Assembly: GCA_964019335.1 (NCBI GenBank)
Contig: OZ025680.1
Span: 124,001-188,000, forward strand
Reading direction: 5' to 3'
Length of the DNA stretch: 64,000 nucleotides
Origin: Diplonema japonicum
Lineage: Eukaryota; Protista; Euglenozoa: Diplonemea
Part shown: piece after piece, positions 52,993-64,000 of the stretch
Position numbering within the stretch: position 1 is the first letter of the stretch
How the letters are laid out: each line of letters opens with the position of its first letter
The notes under the pieces: model-generated
Databases searched by the model: none
Told to the model about the DNA's origin: nothing
Seen by the model: only the letters and a program-made list of their open reading frames with translations
Made by a program: the position numbers and the translations under genes

Positions 52993-55293
52993 ATTGATTC
53001 CCCCCGCCACATACTCTGCTGTGAGCTCCCACCCCTCCTTGGTGTCGTCAGACGACGCACACGCCTGCATTGCCTTCGCCACGAACACCTGCTTTGTCAC
53101 GGTCTCACCATTCATCTCCAGGCTCCTGAACAGTGACTCGTATTTCTGTTTGTTTTTTATATGGGGACGTGCGCTTTATTCTATTCATACCCTGTTGTTG
53201 GTCCTGCGGAGGTCCCAGATGTCAAGGATGCCAGGAATGGCAAGCTCGCCCTTCTGGGACTCCATGTGCGCGGCCCACTCATCAGCATCGAGGTAGCCGT
53301 CGTTGTTCTCGTCCATGTGCGACAGGAGGTAGTAGATCTCCGTCATGGAAAGCCCCGGGATGGACTTGCGCAGAGCCTGGCACACCTCGTGGTAGGAGAG
53401 CTTCGACTCCTTGTAGAACTGGTCGTTGCGCTTCAGCATCCGCCTCAAGTCCAGGGCGCACTTTGTGATGTGCGACCTCCCGTACTCCATCCACTTCCCT
53501 GCCCATGATCGCATCCAATTTGTAGCCAGCTTGTTCTGGAATCTCTCCAAGAATCTGATGTATGAGATGTGCCCTGTGTTCTCCACCTCCACCAAGTGCC
53601 TCGACAAGGAGTACCACGGCAGGTCGTCCAGAATGTTTGTCCTCATGATGGTGATCCACTGCTTCTTCGTCACGGTGCCCATCCTGTCGGGGTCGAGGTG
53701 CTGGAACATCGTCAGCAGCTGCGACCTCTTTGTGAAGATCATCTCGCCCAGTCTTTGGATCGCCATCTTCCGCACGTGTTCGCAGTCCTCCTGGTCAAGC
53801 GATGGTTCTTCGAACTTGGCGCTTCGCACCTGATCACGCAGCTGCGAGATCTGCCCCTGGCGGATGAAGAACTCATGTGTCGTCATCTCCAATGTCGGGA
53901 GCAGCACGATGTACGCACCCTTGTTGTCATCCTTCCCGCAGTACCTAGACGCGGAGAACACTGTCATGCACTTCTCGTCGTGCCACCCTCGCACACCCTG
54001 CGATGTCACCTCGTGCGATCTAATCATCTTCGTCAGCCCATTCTTCTTCAGGAACTCGTTCGTGACCTCCTGACTGAACCACACACCCGCACCTCTGCTG
54101 CTGCCCTGCCACCTGTTGCTGATGTCCCTCGGGTCCGACCATAGCAGAGCCTGGAAGATCCTGTCCTCCCTCGTGGCAGGGGGGAGCTCCCCTCGCTTCT
54201 TCGAGGTAGGGCAGTCCCTGAACCTGTTGATCTCCCTCATCTCCTTCAGCGACACGTTCGAGTCCGACGGAAGGCCGCCGTGCACCACAGCAATCTTGTT
54301 GTTGATGACGTGTCCCAAGGGAAGGGCCTTGAAACTCTTGATGGACGCCTTGTACGCAACGTCGGAGTACTGGTTGATGCAAGTCTGCATGAAGCCCGCC
54401 TTGCCCGCAGCTTTGTTCACTCGGTGTTCCTCGTGGTTGCCTCTGTTGAGCCAGACGTACTGGGGGTAGATGGCCTTCAGCGCGTACAGCATTAGGAGCA
54501 CCTCGCACTGTTCGGGACCACGGTCCACGAAGTCACCGTTGAAGAGGTAGTGTGTGTTCTCACTGGGGGTGCCTTCGTGGAGGATCCACAGAAGGTCGTC
54601 GAGCTGCCCGTGCAGATCACCGACGACGACAAGGCGGCCTGTCTCAGGGACGTTGATGTGCACGATGGACTCCATTTCCTCAAACAGTTTAGTGACTGTC
54701 TTCATGAGGAAGGTGAAGTCGTTCTCGTTGGGAAGCATCCTCTGGTCCTTCTCTTTCTTCAGGTTGGTGACCATGACGTGCAGCCAGTCGTCGTCAGGTG
54801 CCTCCAGCTCGTCGAGGTCGATGCTCACGTCTGTCAGTGTGGTGCTCATCACGCTGGACGCATCGTCATCAGACATCATGTCGTTCTCCTCTTGGATCTC
54901 AAGCGTCCTCAAGACGTCTGTGAACAGGTACTCCTCAAACTTCCGCTGGAAGGGCGCCCATCGTGCGAACTTCCTTGCTTTGTTGCATTGCTTGCTTGTC
55001 CTCACGAACCCCAGCAGTTTTGTCATCTGCTGGTGCGCATGGTCCAACGCACTGCTGTACGAGATCGTCTTCTTCACGATGTTGCTGGGCTCCCGCGGGC
55101 TTACAATAGCAACAGGAGAGGTGATTGAAGCTTCCGCATTTTTATCCACAGGTGCGTGCTGAGTGGTTGTGGTTGTGGTTGTGGCCGCGGGAACTGGTGC
55201 TGGCTTTGCCTTCTGCTGGTCTACCTGCTGAGGCTTCTGCGTGGTCCCCGTCCCCGCCCCGGACGGCTTTTCTTCACTGCAACAATTTCCCAT
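52315..55293 (-). CDS. PPEF: PPEF/PP7 Ser/Thr phosphatase with EF-hands (6 exons)
   Basis: MGNCC, GDLHGQ, GDFVDRG, RGNHE, SASRY, EF-hands. Introns 53146-53190, 52948-53014, 52799-52857, 52474-52509 and 52342-52395 all keep frame. Confidence 0.92.
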
Positions 55294-55416
55294 CTTGATG
55301 GACCTAACAGGCGATGATGCATAACGCTTGTAAACAAAAACAAAGAAATTCAAAGGGCTAGTCACGTCTCAGGAGAGGAAAGTGTTGAATACTGAAAACA
55401 CGCAAAAAAAAAGGGG

Positions 55417-55697
55417 TCAGTGGTCGTCGTTGTGCTCTGAATAAAACTGCTTCCCAGCCAGCTCCATAATCTTCTTGTCGGCCTTAACCTCCTTCTGATC
55501 CATGACACGGGCGCCGGTGTCCTCTTTTGCATCGATCTCTTCGTTGCTAAGCACCCAGACTTCTACCTCTTCAATAAGGAAATCGGGGCTATGGGCAAGA
55601 CAGGGGTTGTTAAAAGTCATGCACTTCCCACCAGCGCCCTTGAAAGAACCGGTGGTGAGGGTGCAATCCAGGTGGATACCGAAGAGACTAGGCTGTA

Positions 55698-55728
<31 letters not shown>

Positions 55729-56326
55729 TTACTCTTTCGCTCTTTTGCTATTTTCATACCAAGCCACCCATGGCGATGCCGTTCATATCAGGTTCGGGCC
55801 AGGACGTTTGAAGGTACATATAATTGTTGTTCATTCTTGTGGGGCGGTACACCTTTTGGTCCGGTTTGATGCCCAGCAGTGCGCAGTCCCCTGTCCCGTA
55901 GAAGTTTGTGTCAGCGTCTGATTTGTTCGTTTCGTACGACCGCCCCATTCTGTTTTCACGCTTTTTCCGAGCGGCGTCTCGCTGGAACCCCTCCTTCCTG
56001 TCTGAGGGGTCCTGCCACTCGTCACCCGCATACATCCCGAACACATGCCCACCATCGTCCCGTATTAGTATCAACGTCTTCGGCACCTTCCGTATGGAGT
56101 GCACCAGCTTGGTAAAGCTCTTCCCGTCTCTCTTCGACAGGTATAGACACGACCACACAGGCGCCCTCGGTATCACAGGAAGCCGAAGGTGCAGAAACGA
56201 CAGATCGCCCGCTGTCAACAGATCGGTCATCCCTCTGACCAGATTGGGACGGAGCGCCACAGGGTTCGCTGGTTTGACCTCCTCCTCCTCTTTCTTCTCC
56301 TCTTCCTTGGAAGATTTTAGGCCCAT
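55417..56326 (-). CDS. TLDc-domain protein (MEAK7-like), 2 exons
   Basis: LYLSKRDGKSF, GHVFGMYA, FYGTGDC, TFNNPCL, IEEVEVW. Intron 55693-55759. Starts MGLKSS. Confidence 0.88.
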
Positions 56327-56382
56327 GGTTTCTTTTTCTTCTTCTGCCGGAGTTTACAGTAGACAAAAAAAAACCCCCCCGA

Positions 56383-56421
<39 letters not shown>

Positions 56422-56422
<1 letters not shown>

Positions 56423-57066
56423 CATCGTTGCTGGGTTTCTCGTACCTTCTTCGTGTACGCTGCAACCTCTTTCGAAATAAACGCAAGCATGTCCAGCATC
56501 TGTTTGTCCATCTCGTGGAGGGCGGCAACGTCGTGGACGGACCAAGGCGGGGTGACGGTGGGGTTGCAGGCCTTGAGGAGCGCACGTTGTTCGTCGAGAC
56601 GCGCAGCGACGTCCCCATGAACAGAGACAAAGAGAAAATAGTGGTGCGGGTCGATGAGGGAAGGGGGGAGGACAGGGAGGGGCTTGGTGGCAGCCTTGTG
56701 GAGAACGGTTTCTATGTCAGAAGGCGGCGCACTGAGCTCGATTGGTTCCTGTGCGATTGCAGCCGACATAATGGCAGACGGAGCACAGGCAACCGCGCTG
56801 CTGGGGGGCATGAAGGACCCGGTCCACATCCCTTCCACTATCTCTATGCTCGCCTTGGCTTCTTCTTGCGTTACATATTCTTCGTCCTGCACCGGGTTTG
56901 CTCCTTCCCCCTTCAGCGCATAGCAGCCATCGGACTCCACACAATACTGTTTCAACACCTTTGTCAGATCTGCCCCATCCACCCCCACCTCCCTCCTTAT
57001 TGCTGACCTTCTCGATGGCCCCCGCTTCGCTATCAATCTTATCAGTTTCTCTTCAATGCTGCTCAT
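56422..57066 (-). CDS. Hypothetical protein (possible N-terminal winged helix)
   Basis: 214-aa clean ORF. Confidence 0.7.
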
Positions 57067-57427
57067 CGTTCTTTTTAAGATGCTTGTCCCATAGTACGGG
57101 GCATTCTGTAAATGGTGTTTTTTTTTTCCCCCCCCGAATGAGATATATAAAAAAAAACGAGAAATATTATTGAAAGAAGAAAAAAACGCGGGAGTAGGTG
57201 TATTGAGCGTGAGAGCTATTTTCGCTTGTTGGTAACAACAGCGAGACGGGGGGGGGGGGGGGGGCAGCAGCAGTTTTTTGTTCTCACCCCCCCCCTTTTT
57301 TTAAGAGTTAATATTGGGTCGCATTTATTTAGAAGAAAGCCGCCAAAGTTTCTTCTTCTTCTTTTTAATACTAGGCACATTACATAAAGGTAATAAAAAA
57401 ATCATCTTCTTTTGTAGAAGGGTGAAA

Positions 57428-57961
57428 TCAATCAACAGGAGGCGGCATCGTGATGAAGCCCAAATCGATGCCAGTGTGCTGCAACGGGGCAGGGTCGGAC
57501 TCACGCCAGGAAATACAGCCTCTGGGGGTTGTGGAGCGAAGGCCGGGGGCGGAGAGACGGGAACTGCGGATAATTGACTGCGCGATGCCGCAGGGCGTAG
57601 GGAGAGGTATGAGGTCCGCAGGGGTTGGGGTCAGGCAGGGGCGGGAGGACCGAGACATAGTCCCTTTGCAGCTACCGGCGTAAGATTGGGTGTATGAGTG
57701 CAGGTGCCCATTGGACCGAGAGGTCCTTGTGCCAGCACGTGCGGCGCACCTTAGCCCGCCTTTGCTGTTCTGAAAGATCTTCTTGTTCTCCTCTTCACTA
57801 TACACAGCCAGGCACGGGCGCACTGTGTTCGACCGGAAACACGACCCAGCCCCGTTCTTGTTCCCCAGCTGCGTCATCGCTCGCTGTTTGAAAATCTCAC
57901 GCTCCTTCCCCACCCGAGACCTCAGCGGCTGTGCGTGGGACGTCATTATACAACTCGTCAT
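57428..57961 (-). CDS. Hypothetical protein
   Basis: GC-rich ORF starting at MTSCIM. Confidence 0.6.
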   Translation of the reverse strand: MTSCIMTSHAQPLRSRVGKEREIFKQRAMTQLGNKNGAGSCFRSNTVRPCLAVYSEEENKKIFQNSKGGLRCAARAGTRTSRSNGHLHSYTQSYAGSCKGTMSRSSRPCLTPTPADLIPLPTPCGIAQSIIRSSRLSAPGLRSTTPRGCISWRESDPAPLQHTGIDLGFITMPPPVD

Positions 57962-58208
57962 GTTCTTCCTCCTTTTTTTTTTTTGTTCCCCCCCTCCCCC
58001 TCTCACCCTTGTCTTTTTTTTTTCTTTTTTTGTTGGGAATAATGTAGAACCAAAGCAAAAAGAAAAGAAAATTGAAAAATATAAAAAGTGTTGTGTTTGT
58101 CACCTCCAGCGGAAGCTGTTTTTTTTCTTTTTTTTATTTTTTTTTTCTTCTTTGTTTTTGTTTTTACAAATCCCTTGTTTTTGAGGGACGGGTGTTTTTT
58201 CTTCTTCT

Positions 58209-58634
58209 TCACTTCGTTAGAATGTAAGCGGAGTTGGTGATTGAACTGCAGTTCGATGTATCGTAAGTCCTGAAGTGTGGTGTGGAGTGTAAATAAAAGA
58301 AAGAAGTACAACAAGGCATACGAGGCAAAGGCACTCATAATATTTTTCTTCTGGTTATATGGCAGCTTGCTGCTGTCCACGACAAACTGCGCATCAGCTG
58401 TGTGTTGTGTGTTTGGGGGGGGTTCTTTTTTTTTTCCTTTTCATTATTTTCTCCTTGCCTAAACACCTAGTTCCATGCAACTGATCTGATGTATCTTTCG
58501 CAGCTGATTTGCTTTTGTCATTTCTTTTTTTTTTTTTTTAATGTGTATTTTTCTTTCTTCTCTCCTGAACATATATTTTTTTATTTTTATTACGAAGACC
58601 TACAGACACAGGCGGTTAAGCTGCTTCTGTCCAT
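58209..58634 (-). CDS. Candidate 4-exon microgene (70 aa) with a GC-AG intron
   Basis: Exons 58604-58634, 58459-58503, 58322-58397 and 58209-58269 give an open 213-nt CDS. Confidence 0.45.
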
Positions 58635-58647
58635 GAACAAAAAAGCA

Positions 58648-58680
<33 letters not shown>

Positions 58681-58726
58681 GAGAAGACGTCACATAACGA
58701 AAAACCTAAAATAAACACTTAGTCCG

Positions 58727-58757
<31 letters not shown>

Positions 58758-58813
58758 TTTTGTATTTCTATTTTTTCCCCCCCTTCTTTCTTTCCCTTTG
58801 CCTTTTTTTCTTT

Positions 58814-61710
58814 TTACGAGAATAAAGAATCCAGTGTGTTGGGCTGTGGAGGGGGTTGTGGAGGGGGCGCTGCAGGTGCCACAAACAGCTCGGAAAAGAG
58901 ATCAACATGCTTAGCAGCAACAGGAGGAGGAGAAGGTGTGTTAGAAGGCGGGAAGAAAGGCTGGTTCTGGTTCTGGTTCTGGTTCTGATTCTGATTCTGG
59001 GGGACGAAAAGAGACTCCATGTTGTTCTGAGGGGGAAAGAGTGATGTGAAGGCAACAGGGTTCCCGGTAGGAGAATTATCTTCGCTGCTGTTAGCTTGCT
59101 GTGATGAAAAGAGAGCATCCAGTGCACCACTGCCTGTTGCCCCCCCTGCAGCCTTGGGGGGGCTCGTGTCAACCGGGAACAGAGACGTAGCGAAAAGATC
59201 ACTGCTCTGAGGCGCAGGCGCAGGGGGTGCGGCAGGTGCTGCAGAAAACAAGTTATCCAGTTCAAACCCACTACTAGGCTGCACGTCTACCAACGGCGTT
59301 TTGTCCTGTTGTTTAATTTCTTTCTCTTCCTCCTCCTCTAGATGTTTCGCAAGGTTCTCATGATACTCCTGGAGCACCGGTTCCTTCAAGTAAGCGCGTC
59401 GCATGTACTTGTCGTAAATATACGACTGGTAGGCATCAGGCTCTGTTTCAGGATCAGGGATGTGGTCAGGTGGGTTGCCCATCCATATGGGGGCCGCGTT
59501 GGCGTTGCCCACCCTTGCCAGGAAGCTGACTTGCTCAGACGTCCACCTGTCGAGCATGATGGACTTCACGCTAGAGAACCCCAACACATCATGGTACTGG
59601 TAGCAGCACCCGCAGAGGAACACCCCAATAGATGATGCCCATGCAGAGGGCCGCTCTCTGCAATCGAAACACATTTCGTTCCCAAGCCGCCTGCTCACTT
59701 CGTTCATATTGAGGTCTACCTTCTTCTCATACGGCAGCATGTAGTACACCTCCTCCACGTCAAATACATCACCCACCTCTTCTTCCTGCTCCTCCACCAT
59801 CTTGTTGATCAGCTTCAGCTCAGGCATGTGTTTCTCTACCGATGTTGTAAACCTTGTGAAGGCCTTGCGTGCTTGCGTTACCTCGATCTCGATGATAGCG
59901 AAGCGGCCGCCTTTCAAAGGCGCCACTTTCAGGAAGCCGTTAATTTCATCAAGGTCGAGCACCCTGTGTGTGTGGTGTTGTTTGTATTGTGCAGTACATA
60001 CATCATGACGAGGCAAGAGTTGTAAAGTGTCGCCTTGTTGCGCAAAGGGGGCGTTAGGTCGCGGGCCAGTTCGACGCCAGACGAGAACAGCTCCCCTAGC
60101 TGCGCGGACTCCTCGTCACACTCCGCTTCCAGTGAACCGTTCTTCACGTAGCAGTTCAGTCTTTTCCGTAGAAAGTTGCAGTACTGCACAACAATCGAAG
60201 GCAACGATGGCAGACGCTCGTCCTCTTGCGTGCACCACGCCTGCTGTATCTCTGTGAAGAGTGCCTTGTGCGAGGAGAATATCTCCCTATGGAGAGAGAC
60301 AGGTCCTTCACGCATCACATGGTGCACGAGGCACAGCACCTTGTAGGCAACGACAGCGTCATGCAGCACAGGGCGGAGGCTGAAGTAGTGGAACAGCGAT
60401 GCCACCCCCTCGTAGTTCACGTGTTTCATGAGCTTTTTGATGTATAGTGTTTTCATGTATGTGAAGCTGTCGTCGGTGAGCCTGATGACCCACCCGTGAG
60501 GGGTGTCTGAGTGCAGGAGTGTCAGCGCCTTTCCAGGTACGCCCTGCACCTCCACCCAGTCCTTCAGCTTCGCAGCGAACGTCCTTGTAGGCTTCTTATT
60601 GAATTCATCCTCAAACCCCATCACCATGTGCACCGCGGGCACCGAGTCTGAAGCATCGATGCACGGCATGTCCTCTGACGGGAGCGGCTCAGGGTACAGT
60701 GACGGCTCCGCATCCAACATGGTAGGCGTGGACGGGGCTACCATTGGCCCCTCGTCGTGATCAGCAAAGAACGATGCGGACTGACACCATGGCGCGAGGG
60801 GCTGCTCCGACCACGAGGGCGGCCGTTTGATGTTCTGCGCAGAAGCATCACCGTTCAGACCCACGAAGTTGTTGTGAAGTTTCCACACATCAGGACGGTG
60901 CTTGGGGTCCTTGGACAGCATCTCGAGAAGGAGTTTCGACACCTTCGGGTCAGTGTGACCGGGTATGGGCGGTTTCCTATTGAGAATGGCCAGGGGCTGC
61001 TCCTCAAAGGGGAAGTCTTTGAAGAGCAGCACGTAGAACATGACGCCTGTTGACCAGATGTCGACCTGCTGGTCGGCACGCTCCCTACGCCAGAGATCGG
61101 CGATTTCAGGGGCACGGTAGGCAAGGGTGGTGTGGCAGTCAATGTCCTCCTGTCCTTTCGCAACTTGCTCAGGGGTTGTGCATTGGAGGGCTTCAGTGGA
61201 GATACTGCCAAAATCGCACAATTTCCAGCAGTTTCGCCTGTTTGTTGCGAGCATGTTCTCCAGCTTGATATCGCGGTGGGCGACAGGGGGGCTCATTCCA
61301 TGCAGGGCGGCGAGGGCGCTGCAGCACGACATTATGATGTCGCGCACAGTGGGCATCGGTACGTCACTTTGGTCGTCGTTGTGCTTGCGGACGAGCTGCA
61401 TGGCAGACCCACCGCACAGCTCCATCGAGATCAGCACAGTGCTTCCCTCGATCTCACCGTCGACCAGCGACACGATGCATGGTTCCCGCACCAGCTTCTT
61501 CAGCAATGAGAGCTCCCTCTTCGCTTTCCACAATTCCTCCCGAGGCATCGACGTCCTCTTTACCGCAGCATACCCCCTCCCGTATTCTGCCTTAAATACG
61601 GTGCTGAACCTCCCCTCCCCAATTTCCCCAACCAGCTTATACACCTTGTTATTAATTAGCACCTCCTCTTGCTTCCCACCGCTAATACTACTCGCGATTC
61701 TACCAAGCAT
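58814..61710 (-). CDS. NAK-family kinase + ANTH-like + ArfGAP-like fusion protein (2 exons)
   Basis: PPVAHRDIKLEN, KLCDFGS, TTLAYRAPE; VVAYKVLCLVHHVMREG; CFDC..CGCC, VKSIMLDRW, VGNANA, YIYDKY. The 38-nt intron 59964-60001 joins the two ORFs in frame. Confidence 0.85.
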
Positions 61711-61836
61711 GGCCTGCATTTTGAGTGGTGTGTCGGTGTACCTGTGCATGGGTATGTACATGGTAGGGTGGGGTAAAAAAACAAATCAAAGCCATGTCAA
61801 AGTTAGAATTTTGTTTTCTATAAAAAAAAAAAAACC

Positions 61837-63330
61837 TCACAACTCTTCGAGTGCGGCGAAGCCGTCCTTCACACGCGACAGGATCGACCGCAGCCTTGCG
61901 TTCTCCGCTTTCAGCGCGTCATTCTCGGCTTTTAAAAGATCGACCTCGTTAATAGGTTCATGTTCCTCGTTCTGTGCCCCTTCGGTGGTTGAAGCCTTCG
62001 AAGCTTGCGGCACGGCTGCGTCCAGCACACAAAGCTCCTCTTCTGTGAGGTTGCTTGCAACTGCAGAAATCTCAACGGCCAGTATGTCGAGAAGGGAGGT
62101 GAGGTCGGCTTGCGTCTCAGCAACGAGGAGGCACTGAGCCCGCTTAAGAGTGGAGTATGCTTTGTGGTGCTCCGAGGGTTGCGACAGGAGGTAGGCCTCG
62201 CCTATTTTATGGAGAAGGACACCTCCGTTGCCGTCTGTGAGCTCGTTCCGACTGTCGAGGTTCACGATGGCCTGCTCGAGGAAAGGATGGATGTTGCTGA
62301 GGGCACCGCTCTCAGCGGGCACGCTCTCTTCAACGTAAATACTGAGAATTGAAGAAACAAGTTCATACAGCGGGGTGCAGTGGATGCCATCCTTGTTGGC
62401 TTCCACTTTCAAGGCTGCAGTGAGGTATTTCAAGCTTTCGATCTTCTTGCCCTGCAGCATCTGAACCTTGCCGACCAGTCCTGCAGCCGACCCCGTCAAT
62501 GGCGAGCTGTCGCCGACCGTCGCCTTGAAGTACTCATACGCAGTTTGGTAATGCCGCTCAGCTTGCTCGAGATCTTCATTCTTAAGATACGCGTCAGCAA
62601 GGGAGTCGTGCAGCTTGGCGATCATGACCTTGTCGTCGGGGGCCTCATTGTAGTGCCCTTCCAAGGCTTCTTTTAAGTATTGTATGCCGGCTTGCGTGTC
62701 ACCAAGGTTTTTTTTGACGAGGCCCAAGGCCCATTTGTCATCTTTGTCGGTTTCACCTTTGAGGGCGATGCCCTTGTTGATGTGGTCCAAGGCCTTCTCG
62801 TAGTCCCCTATTGAGTTGTAGGCCGTGGTGAGGTTGGCATGGGTGGCCGCATTGGGTGGTGCTATGGAAGCAAGTTCCTCAAGAAGTTCGGCGCATTCCG
62901 GTTGGCGGTTTTGCTTGAAACGCAAAGTGGCAATCTTCTGAAGGATCTTCCACAGGTACGGTCCTTGCGCTGCGCGGCACCAAGGAAGGATTCTGTTCAG
63001 CATTTTCTCTGCCTTGTCAAGGCTGTAGTTCTTGATGTAGACCCCTGAGAGGTGCAGGGCCATCGCGACCAATTGGTCCTCCTTCTTCCCCTCTGCCGCC
63101 CATGATGTGAATTCTTTTTCTATCTCGCTCACCCTCCTGTCGTTTCCTTCATCTCCATCTGTGAAATCCTCGTCCCAAGGGTCCTTCACCAACAAGTCTG
63201 TTGCACGGCTCACTTCTATTATACTTTTCCCTTCTAGATTCTGCAAAGGCTCTATTTCAAAAGGCTGTGTGTTCATCCATCTGAGATGGCTCATTTTTAC
63301 CCTTTTCACCAACACCCTTCTTAAGTGCAT
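61837..63330 (-). CDS. TPR-repeat protein with a C-terminal coiled coil, possible mitochondrial presequence
   Basis: Multiple TPR-like helices (LTTAYNSIGDYEKALDH, LADAYLKNEDLEQAERHY). Arg-rich start MHLRRV. Confidence 0.85.
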   Translation of the reverse strand: MHLRRVLVKRVKMSHLRWMNTQPFEIEPLQNLEGKSIIEVSRATDLLVKDPWDEDFTDGDEGNDRRVSEIEKEFTSWAAEGKKEDQLVAMALHLSGVYIKNYSLDKAEKMLNRILPWCRAAQGPYLWKILQKIATLRFKQNRQPECAELLEELASIAPPNAATHANLTTAYNSIGDYEKALDHINKGIALKGETDKDDKWALGLVKKNLGDTQAGIQYLKEALEGHYNEAPDDKVMIAKLHDSLADAYLKNEDLEQAERHYQTAYEYFKATVGDSSPLTGSAAGLVGKVQMLQGKKIESLKYLTAALKVEANKDGIHCTPLYELVSSILSIYVEESVPAESGALSNIHPFLEQAIVNLDSRNELTDGNGGVLLHKIGEAYLLSQPSEHHKAYSTLKRAQCLLVAETQADLTSLLDILAVEISAVASNLTEEELCVLDAAVPQASKASTTEGAQNEEHEPINEVDLLKAENDALKAENARLRSILSRVKDGFAALEEL

Positions 63331-64000
63331 TTCTCTTTTTTTTTTTTTTTTCTTCTCGCTTTTCTTCTTCCCTTTTTTGTTTCTTTTTATTCTCTTTGGA
63401 TCAGGCAACAAAAAAAAAAAAAAAAAAAAAAAAAGGATTATGGATGAAAGAAAATAACATAATGTAAAAACTAGACATTTTAAGACTTGCGTTTTCGCGC
63501 TTACCAGCTTGTCGTGCTGCCTCTTGTCTACAAAAGGAGGGGAAGAAGTAGTTGTTCAACAAAAAAAGGGAAAAATACAAGTAAACCGCAATCGCGTGGA
63601 GAAGAGGGGAAATATCTTTTTCTTTTTAGTTTTTTGGTTTAAAATAAAAAGGGTAAAAAAAAAGGGGGGGGTAATATAAGAAGAAAAAAAGAGTACGATT
63701 TCTTTTTTTTTCTTCCTTTTTTGCGCCCATTCTTTCCAACTTTCGAGAGAGAGAGAAAAAAAGAACGGGTACCTCTTAAGCAGGACATATATCTTCTACT
63801 TAAACTGGTTGTGTAAAACTATTTGTTCCACCCATTTCTTTTTTCTTTTCATTTGGGCCTAAAATCTGGGAGGGAATAACCTGGTTTGCTGCCCCGTTGA
63901 AAAAAAAAAATAATAATAAAAATAAAATAGAATTGTTCTGGCGCTTTTGCGCGTACGGATAAAGAAGAGAGGTTGTAGGAATATACTAAATACGTTAGAA

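Larger units (their letters stand above)
5029..63330 (-). other. Unidirectional (polycistron-like) gene cluster
   Basis: Every credible CDS in the window is on the minus strand. Long plus-strand ORFs are antisense shadows. Confidence 0.9.

Overview
Eukaryotic nuclear DNA, most likely from a diplonemid (Euglenozoa). The assignment rests on a near-complete diplonemid-type spliced-leader (SL) sequence at 38103-38137, on all ~30 protein genes lying on the minus strand (one polycistron-like cluster), and on a PTPAP-repeat membrane protein. Genes carry very short (35-67 nt) GT-AG introns, most with A/CA-rich rather than pyrimidine-rich 3' ends; splicing them by hand joins many split ORFs. Recognisable genes: CCCH zinc finger, RPP30, beta-helix and Kelch proteins, IFI44-like P-loop, BRCT-AAA ATPase, PP2C, TauE, RPE, NO66-like JmjC, kinases, ATG27/CD-MPR-like, thymidylate kinase, UBL-UBA, PPEF, TLDc and TPR. 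Most notable: (i) a chimeric insertion carrying a genomic SL exon fused to a decayed AT-rich ORF; (ii) two 5'-truncated copies of a retroelement-like sequence that end in oligo(T), both inserted in T tracts; (iii) several apparent pseudoenzymes and unusual fusions (cold-shock + squalene synthase, acylated lipoxygenase lacking iron ligands, NAK kinase-ANTH-ArfGAP lacking the Arg finger); (iv) two TIR transposon derivatives; (v) hidden micro-exon genes. All family calls are motif recognition by eye, not database hits. Homopolymer lengths may be affected by sequencing error.
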